A DNA stretch of 64,000 nucleotides from Candidatus Poribacteria bacterium (lineage in GTDB: Bacteria > Poribacteria > WGA-4E > PCPOR2b), in NCBI GenBank assembly GCA_965218095.1, contig OZ244587.1, positions 256,001 through 320,000 on the forward strand. The letters run 5' to 3'. Numbering within the stretch: position 1 is the stretch's first letter; each line of letters starts with the position of its first letter. Positions 23,129-31,705 of this stretch are shown piece after piece. The position numbers and the translations under genes are program-made. The notes beneath the pieces were generated by a model, which ran no database searches, was not told the origin of the DNA, and saw only the letters and a program-made list of their open reading frames with translations.

Positions 23129-23626
23129 ATGGCTGCAAAATTCAAGATCGGGGACAGCATCCGGGTTCGGATACGCGTTGCCTCCGGACACTGCCGGACG
23201 CCTGCATACATTCAGGGCAAAATTGGCTCAGTTGAGGCGATTCACGGTACGTTCCCGAATCCGGAATTGCGTGCGTACGGCAGCGATGGTTCGCCGGCGC
23301 AGGTGCTTTATCTGGTCAGTTTAGATCAACCCCACACCTGGAAGGAACCGATTGAGCTTGTCACTGAAGCGGTGCATGAACGCACATTACAAGAGGAGGT
23401 GGAAAAAATGCGACAAACAGGTGCGGAATGGTTGATGCAACGCGGCCAAAAACGAGGTGAACTGCAAGCGAAACGAAAGATTTTATTGGATTTGATGACC
23501 ACGAAATTCGGCGCCGTTCCTCCCGCCGTTACCGCAAAATCAGAGCGACTCGCAGCACAGGGGGCGCTTAGGCGCTCTGCTGAAGAAGGGGTATACCGCC
23601 AACACCATCAAGGAAATCGGGATTGA
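23129..23626 (+). pseudogene. NHase beta SH3-like (ScnA-like) fragment fused to an Rpn/DUF4351-like C-terminal fragment
   Basis: FKIGDSIRV, GHCRTPAYIQGKIG, FPNPELRAYG, LYLVSL; then MRQTGAEWLMQRG..RGELQAKRKILLDLMTTKFG. Confidence 0.65.
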
Positions 23627-23635
23627 AGAGGCGTC

Positions 23636-24358
23636 ATGATGCTAGTAGAGGGCCAAAAAAAAACGGCTGCCTTCTTCGATGTTGATGGCACGATCGTGAG
23701 CACGACCATTGTCCATTACTATGTCCGGTTTCGTTCCCTTCTGCTTCCTTCTCTCTTACATCCCTTCTGGCTAGCCTGGTTCGCGCTGAAAGTTATCTAC
23801 TATTTTTTCCTGGATAAGGTGAGCCGTACACGATTCAACCGGGTTTTCTACCGCAACTATCGAGGGCTGAAGACCGCACGCGTCAAACAGCTTGCGCATG
23901 AGCAATTCAGTGTTTATGTTCGCCCAAAAATTTTTCCTGCCGCATTAGATTGCATCCGTGAATACCAAAATCGGGGAGATCTGATTGTGCTTGTCACCGG
24001 ATCACTCGATTTTATCATCCAACCCCTTGCCGATTATCTCCAGGCTGATCACGCCTTGACCGTGCGCCTTGATGAAGCAAATGGAAAATTTACAGGCGAA
24101 TTGACAACACCGCCGTTGGGTGCACAAGAAAAGGCTCGTGCAATCAAGGATTTTGCTGAACGGCACAGGATTGACCTCACCGCAAGCTACGCCTACGGCG
24201 ATAGCCGCGCAGATTTGCCAATGCTGCAATCCGTTGGCAATCCCGTTGTCGTCAATCCGGCCAAAGCGTTGCGACAGGTTGCTACAGAATCTGGGTGGGA
24301 AATCCAAGAGTGGACGCATCATAAAGGAAGAAAATCAGGAAATCAGGAAATTGGGTAA
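23636..24358 (+). CDS. HAD-IB family hydrolase (SerB-like)
   Basis: AFFDVDGT, LVTGS, YAYGDSRADLPML, VNP. Confidence 0.9.
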   Translation: MMLVEGQKKTAAFFDVDGTIVSTTIVHYYVRFRSLLLPSLLHPFWLAWFALKVIYYFFLDKVSRTRFNRVFYRNYRGLKTARVKQLAHEQFSVYVRPKIFPAALDCIREYQNRGDLIVLVTGSLDFIIQPLADYLQADHALTVRLDEANGKFTGELTTPPLGAQEKARAIKDFAERHRIDLTASYAYGDSRADLPMLQSVGNPVVVNPAKALRQVATESGWEIQEWTHHKGRKSGNQEIG

Positions 24359-24407
24359 ATGGGTTCATTTACCCAATTTCCTGTATCTTTGTGCATTTGG
24401 AGGAACT

Positions 24408-24620
24408 ATGAAAGTCACTCGCTATTTTGAGTCTCACGAGGAACCGAATGACACGATGTTTGTCGAAATCGATAATTGGTACCGTTTTACCGGTCGCGGC
24501 GCCAATTGGGGAAAATTTCGAGAACACCTTATCAAGGTTATCAAGGACACTATCTCTGATGAACTCGCTGACGAATTTGGAAAAGAGACCGAGGATTGGG
24601 TGCTGACTCCTGAAATCTGA
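24408..24620 (+). CDS. Hypothetical protein, 70 aa
   Basis: GGAGG RBS then MKVTRYFESHEEPND... Confidence 0.7.
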   Translation: MKVTRYFESHEEPNDTMFVEIDNWYRFTGRGANWGKFREHLIKVIKDTISDELADEFGKETEDWVLTPEI

Positions 24621-24631
24621 AAGGATCGCAA

Positions 24632-25663
24632 GTGGACAAAACTTTCATATTCGACAAAGCCAAGATTCGCGCCCAGTTAGATCAGTTTATCAATTACGCC
24701 CAGGCGATGAAAGAACCAAAAGACCTCGCGAAGGCGATCCAAGCCTGGGATACCGTTGTGTCTGTTGCCTCTACCCCCACTGTACTCGCTCAAGCCAACT
24801 TCCAGCTTGGGCGAATCTACCGGGAGTGGGATGAGTTGTTCACAGCCCAAAGGTTCCTTGGGAAAGCGCATCAATTAGAGCCCGCTGATCAGACAATCCG
24901 GTCGGAATTAGAAGCCCTCAATCGCCATATTGCTGACAATCAAGCGGAGGTCTTTGATGAAAGGGTTCGGAAAAACAGCGACTCAATCGTCTCGCTCTTC
25001 CGAATTGCCACAGGGCTCAAGCTGCTTCAGATGAACAAAGCGGTGCAAGCCTATCCTTTAATGAAAAGCCGCACCAAAATTTATCCGAATGCGGCGGTCG
25101 CCAAGCACCTTCTCACCGACATCATTATCACAGATGATGAAAAGAATTCTGCCATTGAGTTTCTGGAGGCGGGGGGATGGTTGGCAAATACACAGCATGA
25201 GTTGTACGCCATCACCGATAGCGGGTTGTATATGTTTTATACGGAGTTAGCCAAACTGCACGTTGCCAATGAAGCCTATGACGAGGCGGCTGCCTGCTAT
25301 GAGCAAGCGTATTGGCTCGATGATTCGTCAGCAGGTCTGCTGTATCACAAGGTGATTTGCGATGCGAAGTCCCAAGCGTGGGAAGTTGGATTGGCGCTTC
25401 TCGGTTGGCTCTCCGATGAACTGCCAGAAGGCATCGATCCGATGGAATACAACAGCGCTGCTGCAACAATCTGCGGCGTCGCTTATCAATCTACGCGGGA
25501 TAAAACGATCGGACTGCGCGCCGTCACGGCGTGCGAAGTGGTATTAGCGACTGACAAAAGGCATAGAGAAGTTTCAAATCTTCTAAAATCCTTGCGATCC
25601 GAAAAATCCCTCCAGGCAGACCTGCCAGCCGCCAAGACGAAAAGACGATGGTGGCGTCGGTAA
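24632..25663 (+). CDS. TPR-containing hypothetical protein
   Basis: Helical TPR-like repeats (ANFQLGRIY, YDEAAACYEQA). Confidence 0.75.
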   Translation: MDKTFIFDKAKIRAQLDQFINYAQAMKEPKDLAKAIQAWDTVVSVASTPTVLAQANFQLGRIYREWDELFTAQRFLGKAHQLEPADQTIRSELEALNRHIADNQAEVFDERVRKNSDSIVSLFRIATGLKLLQMNKAVQAYPLMKSRTKIYPNAAVAKHLLTDIIITDDEKNSAIEFLEAGGWLANTQHELYAITDSGLYMFYTELAKLHVANEAYDEAAACYEQAYWLDDSSAGLLYHKVICDAKSQAWEVGLALLGWLSDELPEGIDPMEYNSAAATICGVAYQSTRDKTIGLRAVTACEVVLATDKRHREVSNLLKSLRSEKSLQADLPAAKTKRRWWRR

Positions 25664-25715
25664 AGCGCGGTACTACTGGGATGCTTTTCAGAGTATTCCA
25701 AGCAGATGTATAGAA

Positions 25716-26015
25716 ATCCCCACATTTGAAAAAGTTGTTGAATTTTGGCGCGAAAAGTGTCTACAGTCTCTGGGAAACCAAATAAGCCCTGTGGACTTTG
25801 AAGTGATTGTTGTGGACAGTTCCAAAGATGGGACTGCCAGGATCGTGGCACAGCAGTTTCCAAACGTCAAGCTGTACGCATTTTCAGAACGCAAATTCCC
25901 AGGGGATACCCGTAACTTCGGGATTTCACAGGCAAAGGGTGAAATCCTGGCATTTACTGACGCAGATTGTATCATCGATCAGAATTGGGTCAATGAAATC
26001 TTATCGATATTTTAG
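25716..26015 (+). pseudogene. Glycosyltransferase family 2 N-terminal fragment
   Basis: FEVIVVDSSKDGT, RNFGISQAKGEILAFTDADC, then truncated. Confidence 0.8.
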
Positions 26016-26067
26016 TTCCTGAATGTTAAGCGATTCATGCTCCGGCAGACGCCATTTGTTCGTGCGA

Positions 26068-26736
26068 TTAAATCTGCCACTGCTCTCGGTTGTACGACAT
26101 CTCCCAGAAGAGGTATTCGTAGCGACTGCTCGTCAGAAAATAATTTGCCAATCGCTGTTTCTCGGCGTCGGGACTTTCTGCCGTTAGACGATTCAGGAGG
26201 TCTCGCAACCACCCTCCCAATGCGCTAAACTCATCGGAGGAATACATCTCGATCCACTCCTGATAGAGCGGTTCAGGGGACTTCCCCCATTTTGCCAAAT
26301 GGGTGGCGACTTCCCAATATCCCCACTGACACGGCAACACGCCTGCAACGAGATCAGCGAGCGTGCCAACCTGCGCGACATGTAGGAGATGTCGTGTGTA
26401 AGCGTGTGTTGTTGGAGCCATTGGCGTGGCCTCCATCTCGGCCGGAGAGATGCCAAATTTTTGGCTGTACCCGCGATGCAGATCCATTTCGGTGTTCAGC
26501 GTTTCGTTCAAGAGTTGGGCAAACTTCGCCATCGTTGCTTCATCCGGCGACTTAATCGCGCCATAAGCAAAGACTTTGCTGTAATCCAGCAAGAAGAGAT
26601 AGTCCTGGCAGAGATAGTATTTGAACTTATCCTTCGGTAGGCTTCCGTCCGCGATGCCAAGCACAAACGGGTGTTTGAGTTTCGCCTCCCAGATCGAGGC
26701 GGCTTTCGATCTAAGCGCATCGGTGAAATCTTTCAA
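26068..26736 (-). CDS. tenA: Thiaminase II
   Basis: HPFV, YLCQDYLFL, LPCQWGY, YQEWIEMYSS, EYLFWEM. Confidence 0.92.
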   Translation of the reverse strand: MKDFTDALRSKAASIWEAKLKHPFVLGIADGSLPKDKFKYYLCQDYLFLLDYSKVFAYGAIKSPDEATMAKFAQLLNETLNTEMDLHRGYSQKFGISPAEMEATPMAPTTHAYTRHLLHVAQVGTLADLVAGVLPCQWGYWEVATHLAKWGKSPEPLYQEWIEMYSSDEFSALGGWLRDLLNRLTAESPDAEKQRLANYFLTSSRYEYLFWEMSYNREQWQI

Positions 26737-26813
26737 ATTTTCTCAACCTCCTAAACATGATGCGTGAAACGTGAAGAATGTTGTGTATAGTAAACAACAA
26801 TATGGAACAGGTG

Positions 26814-27452
26814 ATGAAATTAAAAATACTCAAACTCTTCAAAGGTTCAAAACAGGAGATAGCAACCTCGGCGGTTCATGATGAGACACAACTCATTAAA
26901 CAGCCCGAACCCTTTGATCCAAATTGGCCCCGATACTACCCGAAGCTCCCTTTTCCTCCTTACCGCCATGTGCCGGGGGTAACGCCGCACCCGATCAGAG
27001 ATCCGCAGGGACATAGCTACGGACTAGAGGGAGATGACATGCCGGTTTCCTTGCCGGAAGATTGGCGTCAAACCAAGGACTACTTGTACGGTGTTGATCT
27101 CTACAATTTTGCCTATTGGTGGGAAGCCCACGAAGCGTGGGAGGGACTATGGAATAAAACGGAGGATGATTGTCGAATGTTCCTGCAAGGGTTGATTCAG
27201 ATTTCGGCTTCGATGATCAAATACCATATGCGGATGCTTCGTGCCATCCGAAGCCTTTCAACTGCTGGGCGTGATAAGGTGCACCAGGTACTGCATAACC
27301 TCGATGACCCAACGGGAATGTACATGGGGATAAACCTCAATGAGTTTCTCACCTGTGTTGATATGTTCTTTGAGCGATTCTTTTGCGATACAGTTTCGGA
27401 GCAAACTTATTCTCGCGTGACGATTAAACCTCTCATTCGCCTGCATTTTTAG
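26814..27452 (+). CDS. DUF309 family protein
   Basis: GVDLYNFAYWWEAHEAWEGLW, LQGLIQI; start uncertain. Confidence 0.85.
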   Translation: MKLKILKLFKGSKQEIATSAVHDETQLIKQPEPFDPNWPRYYPKLPFPPYRHVPGVTPHPIRDPQGHSYGLEGDDMPVSLPEDWRQTKDYLYGVDLYNFAYWWEAHEAWEGLWNKTEDDCRMFLQGLIQISASMIKYHMRMLRAIRSLSTAGRDKVHQVLHNLDDPTGMYMGINLNEFLTCVDMFFERFFCDTVSEQTYSRVTIKPLIRLHF

Positions 27453-27483
27453 GACGCGCTATCCTGCCCGATAACCATACAAA

Positions 27484-27774
27484 ATGGAAATTGTACCGTT
27501 CTTGCTCTTCGTTCTATGCTGTTTTGTGATTGTGGGTCTAATCTGCGGGCTCTTCTACATCCTGGTACGTTTCGGGCAAGGTGAATCCGATGGATTGCGC
27601 TCCGTTCGCTGCCCACAGTGCCAAACCCAACGAAAACCCCGAAAAACCGGGGTTATCAGAAATCTTGTCGAAGAGGAGTTGCGATGTCCGGAGTGTGGCT
27701 TTATTTCGTGGGATATTCCGCCCAAAACAGACCTCTCAACTCGCCTAGTGGATAAAACGAGACGTGAAACGTGA
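27484..27774 (+). CDS. Small membrane-anchored zinc-ribbon protein
   Basis: Hydrophobic N-terminus; CPQC...CPECG. Confidence 0.65.
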   Translation: MEIVPFLLFVLCCFVIVGLICGLFYILVRFGQGESDGLRSVRCPQCQTQRKPRKTGVIRNLVEEELRCPECGFISWDIPPKTDLSTRLVDKTRRET

Positions 27775-27787
27775 TATGTAATAACCA

Positions 27788-27820
27788 ACCTTGCGAAGGT
27801 TTGAAACCTTCGCAAGGTTC
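27788..27820. repeat. Palindrome between convergent genes (degenerate copy near 23045-23077)
   Basis: AACCTTGCGAAGGTTTGAAACCTTCGCAAGGTT. Confidence 0.75.
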
Positions 27821-27828
27821 AGTTCTTT

Positions 27829-28890
27829 CTAAACCTCCCCGTCCCAATAGCTAACATTATCGTCCTTGCGAAAAATACGCTTGGCAACGTAGGGATAAAC
27901 TTTGTTGGCGTCGGGATATTCACTGACATCGTGGGGTATCACGGTTCCAACTGCGAGCAGCGTACACGGTGCATCTCCCATGTTGACAAACTTGTGGGTG
28001 CCCGCCTCCCCCGGTGGAAACGCGATGAAATCTCCCTCCGTAACAGTCAGATCGCCTCGCAGGGTTTTGAGGGTGCATTCCCCTTCCATGACATAGAACA
28101 TCTCTTCCCCAAAATGGTGCAAGTGCATTGGAAAACTCACCTTGTTGGGCTGTAAATAAATCAGCCGATAGCCCAAGCGTTGCGCACCAATGAGCGGGTC
28201 AATGTCCTTGTCTTCAAAATCGTAGGGTTCAGGGGCATTTCGTTTGACCCAATCGATTTCGTCAATGTTGATTCGATTGATGTAAATGTCCGTCCGCCGT
28301 TGCAGGCATTCCACCAACCTTTGGCGAGCATCTTGGAGGATTGAGTGTCCGTCTCCGACAAGAATTGCATCGAATGGCAACGCGAGGATCTTGCGAAGTT
28401 CCAACGCCGCCTTCGGTGGATCTGCCAACTTCTCATCCGCCAGCAGCATCAATAATCCAATTGGTTCGCCAACGACAAGATCTCCTGACAGCACCGCACG
28501 CTTTTCAGGAAAGTGGAGCGCGATTTCTCCCGGGCTTTTTCCGTAACACAGGTGGATTGCCTGCAACCCCGGCACGATTTCCTCCTCGTCGGCGATTCGA
28601 CGGTCTGCCGGAATTTCTAACCCATCCGCATCCGCCTCATGGATGACAATCTTTGCCCCTGTGCGCTTGCGAAAGGATTCAGCCTCCCGTTCATGGTCCC
28701 GATTGGTGATCACGATCAGCGCAGCCCCACCAAGTTTGTCGAATTGATCCAGATCCGAATCGATCATCGGCACAGGGTCTATGAGAATGTTACCTTCAGG
28801 GCGAACCCATAAATGTCCGTTGAAGTCAATCTGACGCATCTCGCTAAAAATCGACCAACTGTAGATGTCATTGAAGATAAGTCGTTTCAT
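27829..28890 (-). CDS. MBL-fold + cupin fusion protein
   Basis: ILIDP, TNRDHER, KSPGE, SGD, VGDG; cupin HLHHFGEEMFYVMEG, FPPG..GTHKF. Confidence 0.85.
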   Translation of the reverse strand: MKRLIFNDIYSWSIFSEMRQIDFNGHLWVRPEGNILIDPVPMIDSDLDQFDKLGGAALIVITNRDHEREAESFRKRTGAKIVIHEADADGLEIPADRRIADEEEIVPGLQAIHLCYGKSPGEIALHFPEKRAVLSGDLVVGEPIGLLMLLADEKLADPPKAALELRKILALPFDAILVGDGHSILQDARQRLVECLQRRTDIYINRINIDEIDWVKRNAPEPYDFEDKDIDPLIGAQRLGYRLIYLQPNKVSFPMHLHHFGEEMFYVMEGECTLKTLRGDLTVTEGDFIAFPPGEAGTHKFVNMGDAPCTLLAVGTVIPHDVSEYPDANKVYPYVAKRIFRKDDNVSYWDGEV

Positions 28891-29063
28891 TGTCATACCC
28901 TTTTGCAATTGAAGTGAGAGGCATGAAAAGCAATGCGCAAAACGTGAGTTCAAGAGTCCAAGTACTCAGGCGTTCAATGAACCCATCAACACCTGAACGA
29001 GTGAACTTCTTTGTCCGTTGCTGCTTTTCCTTCGTTTGTCGATTCGCAAATTCGCCCATTCGT

Positions 29064-31235
29064 CTACTGCCCAATTTCCACAATCCATCCTTTCGTCTTG
29101 GCAGGTTTGTACTCCCCGCCGCGCAGATATTCCGAGGTATGCCATAAGCACAGACGTTTTCCATCAGGCAGCCATGTGACGGAGGTCAAATTGATTGTCG
29201 TCCGCGCAATTGACAGGGCGCGATTTGTTTGCAGATCCAGAACCCACACCTTCCATCGCAGTCCCATGCAATCCTCCCGCTCCATGTATGCAAGCCGATT
29301 TCCTTTCGGCGACCACGCGGGTGAGGTATGTTTGAGAATTTGCGCTTGGTTTGGGGCGTCCACAGAGATAACATGGAGTTGTTTATCGAGCGTCTCATCA
29401 GGTCTGGGATTTCCCCGGAGGACATAAGCCAGTTGTGAGCCATCAGCCGACCATATAATCTGCTTTACGCGCTGAGACTGTGTTGGGATTTCCTCTAATT
29501 TTGTGCCATCAATATGATGAATGTGAATGCGGGAATGCCCTGATTTGTAGTGCTGATGGTCCAGGCCGATCGCGATATGCTGCCCATCAGGGGACCATGA
29601 TGGCGGGTCCAGATAACTGAACGATCCAACTCGTCCATTGATAGGAATCCGTGCAATCGGTGTCAGACTCGTTTGGTCAATGTTAATCCGATAAACAATG
29701 TCAACCCCTTCTTCCCAGCGTCTAAACGCAATTTGATTCGCTGTCGGCGACCATGCGGGCGCGTCTCCCTGCACCAGCTTAATCAAACGCAAAGTCTTCC
29801 AATCAATAGCCCACACATAGCTTTCATTTGACTCGTCGTAAGCCTCAAAAGCGATAAAGTTACTATCGAGCGACCACGATAGATGCGGATTATAAAAGAG
29901 CCCCTTGTGAAGTTTCCGAAACTGCTTTGCGCGACCATCCGCCATCCAGAGCTCGTTTGCTCGCCAATACTGTCCAGAAAGGTTGGTTCGCTTCAAAAAC
30001 GCAATCGTTTTGCCGTTGGGGGACCAGTGAGGATATTCCGCTCCTTCAATCAGCGTCAATGTCTGGTTGTTCGCGCAGATTGCAGTGTTGAACTGGATGT
30101 CATCCGTTTTTACGAACACACCAATCCCAAACCCATCGATCCAACCCACCTCACCGTTTGGGAGCTCAACCTGATACCATCCCTCCGTTTGGTTCAGAAT
30201 CGGGAGTTCCACGCCATCGTTGAGTGTCAGTCTGACAGCAGATTCCCGATCTTTACCCGTATAAACGGGAACTTGATCTCGCACGACCGTTCCGATTAGA
30301 TGTTCGTCCTGCTGGGCTTGGGGCGGCTCAGTATCTTGATTGGTAAAGGCGTACACATACCCATCATACGATGTCACGTAAAGCACCCCATCCGAGATAG
30401 CTGGGGCAGAATCGATAAAGCCTTTCGTTTTGTAAGACCAGATCTCCTTTTGGGACTCGATGTCTAAGGCATGGATTTGACTATCCCGTGCACCGATGTA
30501 CACTACGCCGTTGGCGGTTGCGGGGTAACTATAAGTATAGGGTGTATGGCTTCTCCAAAGATCGACCTGATGTTGCGGTTCGATGGGGCGCAACTGCCCT
30601 TGCGAACAACCGTATTCAACCCCGTTGATACGCACCCGTCCCTTTGGCTGCGATTCCAGTTCGCCTGTCATCGCATTGATAACATGGATCTTCTGGGTAT
30701 ACGCTCCGATATAAAGTCTTCCGTTCGATAGAACCGGAGGGGAATCCATCCATGTCCCCGACTCAAAATCCCAGAGCTGCTCACCGGTTGCAGCATCAAG
30801 TGCGTACACACGATTGTCTCGTGCACTGAAATAGACGCGATTATTCCAGACGGTTGGCGCATATTGAATCGCCCCGCCGGCTTTGAAGTTCCATTTGAGT
30901 CCCCACTGCTTTGCGTCGAGGGCGTATAGGACGTGGTCAGTCGATCCAACGTATACCACGCCGTTGGCGACGGCAGGGCTCGCTTGGATCTGTCCTCCTG
31001 TCTTGTATTTCCAAAGCAGCTTGAGCGGCGGTTTAAGGGTCTGATCTGGGCTCTTGCCTGAGAAGTGCAGGTCATACATGAACATGGGCCAATCCTCAGG
31101 GTGGGTGGGAGAAGCGGTAACACGCTGTTGATTTTCGGGCTGGTTTTCAGTTCCGGAAGATTGTGGCGTATCCTGGGATTGGCATCCCCATAGCAGGAAG
31201 GAACTCATGAAAAACAGAACAACCGTTCGATTCAT
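29064..31235 (-). CDS. Lipoprotein with PQQ-type beta-propeller, SH3 and TolB-like repeats
   Basis: LLWGC lipobox; DWPMF, SPAVANGVVYVGS; WYQVELPNGEVGWI; PAWSP repeats. Confidence 0.88.
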   Translation of the reverse strand: MNRTVVLFFMSSFLLWGCQSQDTPQSSGTENQPENQQRVTASPTHPEDWPMFMYDLHFSGKSPDQTLKPPLKLLWKYKTGGQIQASPAVANGVVYVGSTDHVLYALDAKQWGLKWNFKAGGAIQYAPTVWNNRVYFSARDNRVYALDAATGEQLWDFESGTWMDSPPVLSNGRLYIGAYTQKIHVINAMTGELESQPKGRVRINGVEYGCSQGQLRPIEPQHQVDLWRSHTPYTYSYPATANGVVYIGARDSQIHALDIESQKEIWSYKTKGFIDSAPAISDGVLYVTSYDGYVYAFTNQDTEPPQAQQDEHLIGTVVRDQVPVYTGKDRESAVRLTLNDGVELPILNQTEGWYQVELPNGEVGWIDGFGIGVFVKTDDIQFNTAICANNQTLTLIEGAEYPHWSPNGKTIAFLKRTNLSGQYWRANELWMADGRAKQFRKLHKGLFYNPHLSWSLDSNFIAFEAYDESNESYVWAIDWKTLRLIKLVQGDAPAWSPTANQIAFRRWEEGVDIVYRINIDQTSLTPIARIPINGRVGSFSYLDPPSWSPDGQHIAIGLDHQHYKSGHSRIHIHHIDGTKLEEIPTQSQRVKQIIWSADGSQLAYVLRGNPRPDETLDKQLHVISVDAPNQAQILKHTSPAWSPKGNRLAYMEREDCMGLRWKVWVLDLQTNRALSIARTTINLTSVTWLPDGKRLCLWHTSEYLRGGEYKPAKTKGWIVEIGQ

Positions 31236-31319
31236 TGACGACCTCTTTCCATTTATCGTAGGAGTTGCGCACTTGGACAAAAAATAGGTTAATAGTGCAG
31301 AGTGGCGAGTGGCTGAGTG

Positions 31320-31440
31320 TATGTACTACACTGTTAATATCAGCCCTAATACCCTGTGCAGCTATCTTATCTACGTTTACCGCCCCAGAAATTTGTGAAG
31401 TCAGACCGCCAAAAAGGTCTAATATTATTTTATCTTTCAA
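31320..31440 (-). pseudogene. Short orphan fragment, possibly from a polymorphic-toxin C-terminal domain
   Basis: IILDLFGGLTSQISGAVNVDKIAAQGIRAD; AT-rich; recalled similarity only. Confidence 0.3.
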
Positions 31441-31529
31441 GGCAAACCTACTCTTTGATTATCGACTCTAACATTTCGGTTTACCCTCGCGCGTTTGCCG
31501 GCGAAGTGCTGTGGTGGCGTCTTTATCTA

Positions 31530-31670
31530 CTGCCCCTGCTTCATGCAATTTCGCCTCTCACGTATCGCAAAGCGCAACCAGTTCCATGCCAACAAACTTA
31601 GCACCCTGCGCAAATCCCATTCCGCGTCCGACCCCAACGACGCCAACGTGGATCTTATTTTCGTTTGTTT
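31530..31670 (-). pseudogene. Gfo/Idh/MocA oxidoreductase N-terminal remnant
   Basis: KIHVGVVGVGRG...MELVALCDT*EAKL. Confidence 0.7.
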
Positions 31671-31705
31671 TCTTTGTAGTGAGGTTGTCTCTGACTACGA
31701 CTTGG

